Origin: Selaginella moellendorffii
Taxonomy: Eukaryota > Plantae > Lycopodiophyta
Assembly: GCF_000143415.4 (NCBI RefSeq)
Contig: NW_003314285.1
Span: 1,329,370 to 1,393,369, forward strand
Length of the DNA: 64,000 nucleotides
Direction of reading: 5' to 3'
In this document: positions 52,085 to 64,000 of the stretch, in pieces
How the letters are laid out: each line of letters starts with the position of its first letter
How positions within the stretch are numbered: position 1 is the first letter of the stretch
Position numbers and translations under genes: made by a program
The notes under the pieces: model-generated
Told to the model about the DNA's origin: nothing
The model's input: only the letters and a program-made list of their open reading frames with translations
The model's database searches: none

Positions 52085-52760
52085 TTTTTTGTAATTTGAC
52101 AATTCCAGAACGCGATATCATGCTCCGGCATAACATCAAACACGCTCCTAGCCTCGTGAAGATGCCCATGCCAGGCATACAACTCCCGATTCCTTCTCGC
52201 ATTGCCCATACAAAAAGAACACTGGCGATTTGTGAAATTGAGGAGAGCAGGCACGAGGGAGCCGCTGCTGCTCGTAAGCTCTTTCTTGATCTTGCGAGAT
52301 GTCCGTGCCTTGAGCCAGCTTCTGGCCCTTGCAAGCGCTATCTTTCGCGAAAAGGTCCACAGAGTTTCGATGCTGGCATGGCAAATTCTCACTGTCACTG
52401 CAAATGTCACTGCAAGTTGGAGATCTCCTTGCTGGAGTCCAGGATGAGCCGCCAGGTCGGGATCGCGGCGAGGGAGGAGACCGCGGCGGCTGTCACGTCG
52501 GGATCCGGGAAATCGAAGTCTTGACGCCACTACACACCGTAACTCCCACTGATCGGCTATGAGGCGTGTGGTGCACACCAGATCGAATGCCAGTTTCTTG
52601 CGCTCGCGGGGCTGGCGATAATTTCCTCGAGGAGATGTCCGTCGATGCCTGGAGGAGAGCCTGCGCCGGCCACATTCCATTGTTGGAGTTCAGATCTGTT
52701 TGGATCAGCGAGAAGTGGTGATCCATCACAGCGAGCGGCACCAGATTCCTAGCTGCCGCC
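52085..52760 (-). pseudogene. Chimeric pseudogene: deleted TPLATE 5' duplicate joined to a PPR-motif fragment
   Basis: 52245-52760 matches TPLATE 48370-48530 and 49340-49790 with indels. 52090-52200 encodes LYAWHGHLHEARSVFDVMPEHDIAFWN (S-type PPR motif). Confidence 0.85.
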
Positions 52761-53536
52761 AAAAATGTGTATGTTAGGGTTCCAATTTACAATCACTAAT
52801 GAGCCATTTTATTTAAATTTTATTTGAGGGTGGTGATTCTTGATTATTCCTTATTATTCATCTTTTTACTGCTTTTTATTTTGATAATATAAACAACAGA
52901 GATGTTACCTTTGTGACTAAATGGAAGCAAGATCAGCGCGACCGCGACCACGTGAAATAAAGAATTTTTATTTTTTGTTCAATGGACGGGTCACTATCTG
53001 ACTGCTGCTCTGTATTGCAAACACTCGTTAAATAAAAATGCTTTTTAAGAAAATAATTTTCTTGTTGTACGCCAGGCAAAATTCACATGGAGTGATCTTC
53101 CAAAACACAGATTTTGGCGTACTCTTGGCAGTAGTCCCTCTCGTCGTTTCCACCTGGAAAAGTTTAAAGCTACACACACCTTTAGTTTCATGCAAATCGG
53201 TCAAGGGATCGATTCCCGGGTGTAAAATTTCTGTGTTGGAGGGTTTAACGATTGATGGAAGAACCGAGGAGGAGGAGAGTGCTCTCCTTTGGCGCTAGGG
53301 CGTGGAAGAAGCGCCGTCTCGTGGCTCGGCGGATTCCTCCAGGTGTTGTGCTTGTCAGTTTCGATTCAATCGCAATGTAGGCCGAGATTCCACAGTAGGA
53401 GATCCTGTGCCAGGTTCTTGGAGCTAAGCAAACGGAAATATTTCGCAAGAAGTCGATCGCGGCAGCCCGATGCGAGCGATCGCGGGATTCATCTAGCGGC
53501 AAGTAGCGGGATTTCGATGCGATTGGCAAGGAAGGG

Positions 53537-56500
53537 ATGGATTATCAGCTGTTTTGCATCAGGATCTCTGGCGGGGTATTTGGTCACGCGGTCAGCAGGG
53601 CGGAGAAGGTCTTGCGGGTTTTTGAGAGCTGCCTGTCGATCTCCAGCTTGACGACGACGCACAATGGCGCTACTGCCGCTTCTTCGTCCGTGGAATTTAT
53701 GTTTGAGAGCATCTCAAACGTTCTTCCATCTACCAAGGATGACAAGGAGCTGACATTGAATGTGCCGGATGGAAGTGGGAGGGGGTATGAAACGCTCCAC
53801 ATTTACTGCGACTCTAGATCCGAGCTCATGACAACACTTTTAAATCGGATGGACGACTTGAATGGAATCGGTACAAACTCTCCTATTCTTTTCTCGTTTG
53901 CTCTCATTGTTTCCTAAGATCGTTCGAACTTTGATTCGTTTACAGGCACGGATTTCTCTTTAAAAAAACATAGTCACGAAAGTGGAGGCTTGGTCGAGAG
54001 AGTGCTTCGTGTGCGCAGTGCTTCGATCGTGAAAATGCAAAGCAATGGTTCTCGGCATGAACGCCGGAGGGTAAGGTTTGGTCGTATATTTCAAGCGTTG
54101 GCTGCTAACATATTGAGTAAACCAGGTAAACCCCGCGAAGAAAATCAACTTCAATGATATTGTGAAAGTTCAGACAATGGCCGACGACGATCATATCGTG
54201 CTTCTACACCTTCACTCTCGGATGCTACGTCTGTCAATAACAGATGCTTCACCGTTTCTTCTTGCTTTAAGTCGAAATATGAAGGTAGTGCACTCACACT
54301 CTTCTATGTTTTGTTCTAAAAATTAGTATTTGTAGTTCTACCTCAATCGGGAGTTGGATACTGAAAAGATAACTACGAGTAAAATGGTTGACAATATAGC
54401 AGCGTATATCAAACAAGTTGTAAGTTGACTCTTTCACAGAGTTTGATTCCCTTCATGCTTTTTCTTTTCCAAGCAGAAGGCCTTACCTTTTCTGTACGAG
54501 TTCCATGTCATGAAGCAATCTGAATCCAATGCCCAGGAACGAAAGCGAAGCTTGTATATTTCTAGAGAACACTTTGTTGAAATGGCAGGAGATGAAGTTG
54601 TCGCGTTCGACTGGTATGTAATTTCGAGATTCCATATGCAAAACGTGAACCTGGTTTTTGTCGCCTGCAGCTTGAAGGATATCATCGGGCTTATTGTAAA
54701 CGACAAGAACGCAAACGAGATCGTTGTGGAGTTTAAGTCGTCACGATCAGCTCAGTATTTCTTTGAGGACAGAGAGAATTTTATTGCCAGTATTGCTGAT
54801 GTAGCTGCCACTTCTAAATCCTCGTTTTTTGACGTTCGTCCTGTACCATTTTTTCGGCTCATGTTCCCTCGCCAGGTAGTGTTTTTCTCCTCATTTCTCT
54901 GTGTGATAATCTTGTCGTGGCAGTTTGAGTATGAAGCATTATATATTAATCGTCTTATGTTGGAGTTCAATGGCAAGCGGGACCCAGCTGTTTTACACAT
55001 TACTTTGAAAGAGTTTGCGAGCAATGTGCATGTACGAAAATTCTGTGGTACAGAGTCGGTTCTCATATATTTGATTTCAGGTTGGAAAGTCTCAATGCAC
55101 CGACTACAGGGTTGTTTGTGCTGTAGCAGAGTTGCTCAAGGACTGTAAGTATCTGTTATTGGTATTGTGCGGGAAGTAACACGTTGATGATTCAGGGAGC
55201 TCATGTCAGGACTTCGTAAGATCCACAACCTGTTGTATTGTTATTTCTCGTCTTCTAGGTTCGCGAATCTGCTTTGACTCCTTGAAAAACATGTCTAGTA
55301 TCATTTTGGTCCTAATGCAGGTACAGTCCTTTTTTTATATATAAAATGTAGTAGAACTTTTCATTTGCAGTGTCTTCGCTCGGAGAACGCTGTACTTGTA
55401 TATAACGCGTTTGTAGCTTTGAAATTCGCTTTCAAATATTCTGGAGATGTTTACGCTGATCCATCTGCATTGAAGGTACTGATAAATGTGCTAAATCACG
55501 GTTACCTAACTGCTCTTACCTCTAGCAAGAACAATTCAACAAGCTCATTGTACTGAGTTTGGAAAATATGCAGCAGTTTGCTACTTGGCTGCATACGTAC
55601 TGTTTGAAAAGGGGACATCTACTTCAGGTGATTCTAATTTTTGCTAAAAAATGAAATTAACATGATCACATAAAAAATGCAGGCTTATGCTACAGTGAAA
55701 CTCTTATCTGCTGGCCTGGATAATCTAGTGCTCGAGACTGATACCTTACGAGCATGGATGAAGGTATGAAGCATGAACTCCTAACTAAACCTGAGCGCAT
55801 ATCTTTACATACTCAGGCATTTGAATCCTCTATTATGGTGGTAGGGGATGTACTGTGCGTATTGTCCAGATCGAAAAAATCAGTTCTCCGCGAAAGGTAA
55901 ATTCCCCCCCTTTTTTCTTTAATCTGTATTTTATTTACTTTTCTTATAGTACGGCAACATTGCTTGAGGCTCTTTTAGCGAAAACTTCGAGCGTTGTTTC
56001 AAGTCATTTTCGGGTACCAACGCGACAATTACATTTTTCCCTTGAGCTTTCAGATTGACATTTCTGCGCAGAGTTTGTTTCTCAAACGATGTCTAGTCAT
56101 CGTGCACCTTTACGATGCATTTTTCTCAAGAACAGACTTGACTCAATCACGAAGTGCAAGACTCCTTTTCCATACAATGGAAGGCAGTGAAGGAACAAAC
56201 CATCTTTTACGATCTTTTCTGCCTAAGGTTTATTTCCCTTTGTTCTTTCTCATAATTCAGGCCTAACGATATCGTTTGACTCAGGGTGCTTTTCAGTTTT
56301 ATGACCTCACGGCCTCTAAGTTGTTAGAAACTGGAAAGGTTTGTCTAGCATTTTCTGCATGTCAACGGAACATTCCATTGACTAAACTACAGGATAAATC
56401 TGCAAGCCACTTCTGTGCTTGGGTCAAACTTTTGGACGTTTTGAGGCGAGATACTATTGAAACCCCGTTGTTTATTTGGAATGACATGAAAAGAACAGAG

Positions 56501-59500
56501 CTTATGAAGGTAAAATTGTTTTTCCTTAAAATTTCTAAAGGGTTAATTGATCTCACATGGAATGTAGTTTCTTGAGAAAGAAATGCAAGGATTCAGTGCT
56601 GCTGCAGCCACAAATCACGTAGTTTCGTATAACCATTCTGATATAAGCTTTACTTATTCGGCTGAAAGTGAAGGACAAGGTAATAGCGGTCCTCATTTCA
56701 TTCTAACAAATATAGTTCGCATGGCAGGCACGGTCGTAGAAGGCATCCATCTTGAACTTCTAGTTGATCACTCTCCTCCTGCTGACGGTACTTATGCACC
56801 ATTTTGGAAGGTACATTTTTCTTTGCTTCTATCGAGCAAGCTTCAATTTCACCGCAGGTTCAAAGTCCCTTGGCTTTATTTCAAGCAGTATTCCAATCTC
56901 TGATTCTGGGTTTTACACCCTTTTTCGGCCACAATAATACTCCTGAAGTTGATCTCCGCCTAGCTGTGCATGTCCTGACTAAACTCTACGAGCGATATGC
57001 ACTAGAAGTAACCTTCTGCTTGCAGACATCTAACGTTATTGAGGTAAGAGAACAATTATTCTCCCAGTTTGAAAGACTTGACACTGTCTTTTAGGCATCT
57101 GTTGGAATGCTTCAAGAAGTTATGGAAACAGAGCATCAAGTATTTATTTTCAAACTAATGGTTTTCCAATTGACCTTGATGGAAATTGGAGGCCGTCAAA
57201 ATGTTCTTCGTATCCTTCGAGCTGGTGGAGCAACGGTTTTAGTGTCATTACTAGTACTATCACTTACTGAGGTAAAAATGTTGTTATTCTTTTCAAGGCT
57301 AACTTGGTACTTCATAACAGTGTTGCAAAAGTAAGACTGAGTTCGAATCAGATGGCTGGTCTTCGCAGAAATCTAGCATCCTTGAAACCGTTGAAGTTGT
57401 TGGTATGAACGGTGAACTTAAATTAGTGCGAGTCCCTTCGGGAAAAGTTCGAGAGGTTCTTGGTAAAGCCTTGCTAAATGGAAGCTTAGATGCGAAAGAG
57501 GCAATCAAATGGCAAGACTCGATAGTACCAAGTAAGATACAATTTGGTATGGTCTTGGATGTGCTGGAAGCGATCCTCAGGTAATCCAGTTTAGTTTATC
57601 GTTCGCTCACACTTTTTGTGTTTCTATACAGGCTATGCGGAAGCGACAACAGTGACATTTTTCCACCGTCTGCTGCATGCATTGCGCTCTCACGAGAGGA
57701 TGTTATGTGCCATCTGGTTCAAAGCCTTCTTCGCGCAAAGACGCCCGCCTTCGGAAGGTCAGCATGCCTTTAATTGGTTTGCGTTTGACAAGGGTTGTCT
57801 ATCTAGGATCTTGAACATTTTGTCTCACTTGACAAAAACAAGCAAGTCTTGTATGACGTCTATCGAAGAGCTCGGAACGTACGAAATAATTCTTTGGAAG
57901 CTTCTAGCCGGTGATATTGTGGACGCGGATAAGAAAATGATCATCAGTTTCTTACGCCAGACACATCTTCCGCAGGTGAAATGTCAACCTTTAAGTCTTG
58001 CTCACAAACACGGCCTGCTTATAGGTGTCCGATGTTTACCTCAACACCGACTGTTCTCCATGTGAAAACAGTAGTCTTCGTTTTTATTTACCTGATGGAT
58101 TGATCATGAAGTTGATATCGGAGGTATCTGCGAATTTAAAATCTATATTGAACTTAATCTTGTTCAGGATGCAGAAGGTTTTTTCATGCTACTCAACTCT
58201 GAGCAAAATAATCCTGAAGTCGTGTGGAATGTGACTATGGCGGAGGCACTTCTAAGTCAGTTGACATGTCATTTAGAGCCATACGTAAGAAATCGAGCGG
58301 CGGATGCTATGGCACTTTATATTCATGTCCCTGTGACTGTAGTTTATGAAGAGCTCGCTGGTAATGGTTTCGCGCTTCTTATCCTTTCTTTCATTTTTAT
58401 TAATTTGCTCTAATATATTGCAGATGCAGTTTATACTGAACCATTTTACCTTCATAACTTCCTAGATACCGAAAGATTTTCGAATTATCCAATAAATGAT
58501 CCGGTGAAATTTCTGAACAATTTGATGAAAGTAAGGCGAGGAAACCTTCCAAATTTGTACTTCTAACGAAATCTTCTTTGAACAGCACCTGAGACAACTT
58601 TCCGGCGACTTTCTGAAATCAACGTCCAATGGTATGGCAAGCTCTTTTTGGATGAAAGGGCTTTCCAAGTCACACCAACTTCTAAGCTCACTGGTAGAGA
58701 TCATTCACTTTCGAGTGCGCTTTTAGCTGCTAATGTTACGCACGGTTCTGTCAGGCGTATTTACTAGAACGTTTTCCAAAGCTGGTGCCTCCAAGTGACA
58801 TCGAAGCAGTTGCTTTAACCTTGGCAACACCAGCTGTTCGTTATCTTGCTGAATTGGAGGGTGTTGACTTGCTGATACCCGAAATTATGTTTCAAGCTAC
58901 AAAGATTCTCAGAGAAATGTGTGCCATAACTGTCAGGTACTGATGATCATGGCGTTGCATATTTACTAGTTTTTTCGTGTTCAGGGATACAGGGCCATTA
59001 ACAGGAGCTGTGGATTTTGCACTGAACATTATTTCCTTGGGAGCCGATGGATCTAGTGCCGATTACAGGGCTGATACGTTGAGCAATGTTATCACTGGGG
59101 CTTTGTCAATGCTGGAAGTAACATGTGGCTCAAGGTATAATTCACATTTTCCAGTTTTCTTACTTCTATAATTGTTTTTTATTTAGAGCTGGAAGGGATC
59201 TCCTGCGAGATGATTCACGCTGGAACAGAGGACTCTGGTGGGCACTTTGTACAGCTATCGGTGATCCTATATCATCCGTCGTACCAGCTGAATTAAATCG
59301 TATTTCGTCTGCTGCCTTGAGCTGTCTCAGGCATTTTGTTGAACAAGAGGAACTTCCCGAGTTCTTTAAAAAGGTAAGTTCGACACTTTCATTATTTCCT
59401 CGGCTTCTTAGCTGTTGTTTTGCCAGGGTTTACACCTCCCTTTGATACTCTTGACATTTTTCTCAGTAAATGAAGGTGGTAATTCTGCTATGACTTTATT

Positions 59501-62500
59501 AGCAGTAGATATCATGAGGTGTTTGGATGGCAACGAGTTCAGCTCATCACTCTTAAGACGTGTTATTCCGGAGCCTTTGCTAGTGTCTCTTACTGCACAA
59601 GAGGGAATCGAAAGACTTGCGGAAGTACGAGCATCTCATTTCGCTTTGCCAACTGCACTGTGGGACGATAGAGTTCGTGGAGAACTCCGGGAACGTTTAT
59701 ATGATCGCTTACACAACAGGAACTCTGAAGACGATGAGCTTGAATGGTTAAGACAGTTCAGCTACAATTGTCTTCGCGACGAGCTGGTCATCGATGGATT
59801 TTATATCAAGGGGTTAATCAGCTGCAATACCGACAGTATCAAGTTTCAGCTGCGGAGCTCATTACTAAATGCGCTGCTAGGCTTCATGGTGCGGCATCGT
59901 AGTGTTGCCTTGGATGGTGTCAACAGAGATACAGACAAGATCAGCGTGACAGAGTATTTATCTGTTCTATCGGCTTTCAAAGAATGCATACGATATGCTT
60001 TGAAGAAAAACATGACAGAGATGCTGACACAGTGTGACTATTCTGGTTTATCGTCACTTATTTTTCAAGGCGTCCTTGACTATCGAGTGCAAGTTGGAAT
60101 ATCTTCTGTCTGCAAGGTTTTAGTAGCAGGTGGATTGCTGGAACTAGTCTTTCAATCACAGCTCCTGGGGGCCTTGAGCTTACAGCTATGGGAAGCAAGC
60201 GCAGACGTTTCTAAGGAAGGAATGGACGATGTTCTTCGGTCTACATTGGAAGCTTTATACGTCCTCAGCGAGCAGCTACCAGCAACAACTGCAGCCACAA
60301 ACTATTTCTCGTCGCATGGAACATTTTTACCACTTATGGCCATGTTCTGCGATGTCAATCTTCCTTGCTTGCGCGGCTCGGGAGCATCAGCAAAGAACAT
60401 AAGAAGCTTTGGACACAGGTTGATGGCTGCCAAAATCTTGGGACAGCTTCTCTTGGCCGGGAAAGGTGTGACCAGGAGAGGAAAGCTGATTAAAGATTTG
60501 GAACAGCAGAAGACCAGTTCGGGTGAAGGGATCGGTCAAGCGACGGACATGTACGAACTTTTTAGCATAGTGGAGAACTGTTCTGAGGACGACCCGGCAC
60601 CCATCAGATCACTTCTGCTCCTACTTCCACTCGAGATCCTCTCTGCTCTTGCTCGAGAGCCAACTGAAGCATGCAAGACTTACGATGGTTGCGTCTTGAG
60701 CGTAAAGCTCGTCTGGGATGAATCAAGACGGCACCAGGTGAAGACGATTATAATGAAAGAAGCAGCTCGAGTACGTACTATCTATACGAATGCTGGCGGA
60801 CTTTCAGCCTGGTCTGTTGATGCGAAGCGGCCAGTGTTCTTGCGCTGGATATTGGCGGTAAATATTGAAGGCGACGAGAGGCCACTATTCAGGCATGACT
60901 TTGCTGAAGGTTATGCCCAGGAACTGTATCTTGGCGGCTATTACGTCGATCAGTTCCTTCGCGGCTACAAGCATTCCTTAGATCCCGTCTCACAAGAGCG
61001 GCTTTTACACGAACTCCGGAAGGCTTTGGTGGTTGGCTCGTCAACAGATGGTCTCTATGCGGAAGCGTTTACTTTCGATGATCGCCGGCGCGTTCTTCTT
61101 GCATTACTTATTCTTGTGAGACTTCACCCTCACCTTCTATCCAGCCGATCAAACATCGACATATTTCTTCCGCTATACGAGCTAATGAGCAACGATTTGG
61201 GGGACGAGCGAAGAGCTTTTGCGCAGCCAGCAATGCTTTTGCTTCATTGCACGGCAACTCATCCGGATATTGCAGACTGCATCATCTCCGAGGAGCTTTT
61301 ATATACGTTGGCTTCGTTTCTCTCGCTAAAAGTTCCTCCTCCGTACGCCGGTGATACTGGAACAGATCCCCGGCTGTGCAGCCTGAGTTTGCTATTAAGG
61401 TTGATGCGCTTGAGCAGCATCACCGTGGAGATAGTCATGAGAATGGGAGTGATCTCTAAGATTGAAGACTTGCTCTTGGACTTCCATGGCTCGGAACCAG
61501 TCAAGAAGAAGGCTGCGGAGTGCTTGGCCATGATGTGTGCGGACAAACGGAAGGGCGGCGAAGTTCGCTCCAGGCTTGACAAGCTTATACCTTCTAAAGT
61601 GAAAGGCTATGGTGCTTGGAAGCTACACGTGAACAGGATCCAAGACAACATAGTTGAGATGGCTTCACTCGACTATTTCTTACAGCATCGTCAGCCTTCA
61701 CCTTGGTGGACGTCAGACACTCCGGAAGGCACAGATCAGAGTTTTGAGGAAGCTGGGGCCGTTGCTGTGATTGAGGGAAGCTTATGCTTTACCAGAGCCA
61801 GAATGTCGGACTTCAACAACGAGGCCGAGATCGTCTTCATTCGAAGCATCGCGTCCACGGCTTGCGTCGAGCTGAGTGCCGTTCGGATAGTCAGAAAGCG
61901 GTTAGGCAGTGTCACTGTCGACTTTGAGGTGACTTTCCGGAAGCAGTCGCAGGAACGAGCCGAGATCAGTGCAAACTCTTTCAAGGAGATGCTTCAAGTA
62001 GCTGGCAACGATTTCTTCGCGAACACGCTGCTGGAGTCAATGGGGCCGTTGAAAGTAACGTCGATATCACTGAAGCCTGTGGATCTCTACAGGCAGAAAA
62101 GCTGGCAAAATGGATCTGCCCCGTCTGTTGGTGACAAGAACGTCATTTATGTGGCCAAAGAACAAAAGCCGGACGCATCGTCGGCTGCACAACCGGCATC
62201 TCTTCCAAGTTCGCCTCAAAGTTCGTCACCTTCTGCTCTGTCGCCATCAGTTTCATTCTCCAAGTTTTTAGTACCTTCTGCTTTGCCGCCGTCGTCACCG
62301 TCTCCAAAGGTGGAGAAAGTCTTGGTTTCACAACCGGTGACAACTGCAAGTCCATTGTCGAAGTCCATCCAGGTAGCAGTTCCTCCTCCGCCGCCGCCAC
62401 CACCACCGCCACCGCCACCGCCACCGCCAATGTCACTGCCACCACAAAAGCCTTCTATTCCACTAGCAGCTGTGAACAAAACGAGAACAAATGACGAGGA

Positions 62501-63585
62501 GCACTGCAATGTCAAGTCAGGAAACGGAGTTAATGGCCATGGTGCTCACAATGGCAACGGTCATTCGACTATGCTAAGCGGTAATGGTCATTCAACCATG
62601 GCAAATGGCAATGGTCACTCAAGCATCGGAAACGGGAAAAACCATGCTATCACGGATGGACCAGTTGTACCAGTTGAGGACGTGTTGCTAGCAATGCCAG
62701 GTAAATTTTTTATCTTTCTTTTTGCGACTTGGAAATGCTAAGTCATAAGTTTGTTGCAGAAGCGCTGCCAAGTACGAGAAATATTATGATCACGTCGGAA
62801 GAAGGAAGGTATGTCACCAAATTCAACTCAATGGCATTTTCTTATGTTTGTTTCTCTAGGCTGGTGTCCCTTGACGAAGGTCTTGAGCTGGTGCTTGAAG
62901 GCGCCGAAATCAGCAAGGAAAACAGGCGGGTGGCCAAGACAAATTTTCTTGATGCGTTCGAAGACGGTACAGTTCCTTGCACTGTGATTTGTTTCGGTAG
63001 CTAAAATCATTCTGCAGATATGGAGGAGCTTGGAAAAATTCTTGAGAAATATTCTAAGCTTGTACAAAAGTTCCCATTACAGCCACAGGTTTGCTATGAT
63101 CTAGTGGCTGCTTGGGAGGAGCATTGCCTTGATCTTATGACCACGGACGAGCTGGTTTGTAATGCTTTTCAAATTTGTGCGTCTGATTATACACTTGTTT
63201 ACAGGCTAGATATGGCCGTTCCATCGCTTCATATGACATCTGCCGCACCGATAATCCTGAGGTCGCAATACAAGAAGCAAAGCGAAAGTTCCAAGGCCTC
63301 CTGAAACTTCGAAGGCAAGTGCTTCAACTTTAATCTTCTTGCTTTTCTCTAACTGCATCGATTAGAGAGCAAGAATGGAAGGAAAAATCAAAGCAGTTGA
63401 AAGGAGACATGTCGGCGGAGCTAGCGAGGGCTGTTGGCGAGCGCAAGGTTCTTTTACATCGCTGTTTGAGTTTTGTGGTCTCAAAATTTTTATTCTGGCA
63501 GGAGAGACTGAGCGCAGACGTTGCAAAAGATGAACTCAAGGCAATGTCGAAGGGCAAAATCCAGAGGAAGAAGAAACAAAGTTGA
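53537..63585 (+). CDS. Highly divergent RME-8/DNAJC13 (GRV2/KAM2)-like protein apparently lacking the J-domain, with a C-terminal extension (many short introns)
   Basis: N-terminal PH-like block ELTLNVPDGSGRGYETLHIYCDSRSELMT. IWN-type repeats ETPLFIWNDMKRTEL, NPEVVWN, TALWDDRVRGEL and KLVWDE. Also VVYEELADAVYTEPFYLHNFLDTERFSNYPINDPVKFL, FSYNCLRDELVIDGFYIK and ELYLGGYYVDQFL, all collinear with RME-8. Confidence 0.8.
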
Positions 63586-63772
63586 CATCGGAACTAGAAT
63601 GAGGAACATGGTAACAAGACAGGGTCCCATTTTAATGGAGGAAGGCGATGTTTTACTCTTATCACAGACACAGAGAATTATCACATAAGCCATCCTATCA
63701 GATGTGTAAGATCGATCACATTTAACTGTACTAAATGCTTATGAAGTAATTGGCACCTCAAACCACAACTTA

Positions 63773-63800
63773 CATTCATTCATTCATTCATTCATTCATT
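63773..63800. repeat. (CATT)7 microsatellite
   Basis: Read directly from the sequence. Confidence 0.95.
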
Positions 63801-64000
63801 AACTGTTTACAGGCTCTCCAAGAAGCATGAGACGGACAGATTATAATAAGCTGTTTTAATGATCTCATGAGCCATTTGTTCGATGAGCTCCTCTAGGTCT
63901 TCTACCACCACGCCTTCTGTCCTTGCCCTTTATTTCACCGACGTACCTATTACCTTTACAACCCAGCTAAGCACCTGGTACCACAAGCCACTTACTTTTG

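Noticed and set aside
62382-63585. Formin (FH1-FH2) call for the large 3' gene
   Set aside because: Polyproline is present, but no FH2 motifs follow and the remaining coding length is too short.

Overview
Eukaryotic land-plant nuclear DNA with compact genes and many ~50-bp introns. The short introns and a PPR gene built from 31-aa repeats suggest a lycophyte such as Selaginella (inference). Gene islands alternate with AT-rich transposon relics. Genes in order: tRNA-Leu(AAG), a PLS-class PPR, a RETICULATA-related (DUF3411) gene, a membrane C2H2-type protein, YAF9/GAS41, tRNA-Trp, a type I MADS-box gene, acetyl-CoA acetyltransferase, a MiAMP1-type antimicrobial peptide, RNA polymerase III subunit RPC3 head-to-head with ribosomal protein P0, TPLATE, a TPLATE/PPR chimeric pseudogene, and a ~10-kb highly divergent RME-8/DNAJC13 (GRV2)-like gene. 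Mobile DNA: an old Ty3/gypsy element with a nested 5S-carrying Cassandra-type TRIM, a second Cassandra copy, a very young pol-less LTR element (gag plus an extra upstream ORF), gypsy and LINE relics, a MITE-like element, and a 96-bp self-complementary tandem array. Most notable: an RME-8-like protein that appears to lack its J-domain and has a new C-terminal region, a YAF9 whose spliced N-terminus forms a helix-turn-helix with a possible poison exon, the Cassandra elements, and the young gag-only element. All homology calls are by eye from remembered family motifs, and exon boundaries are manual.
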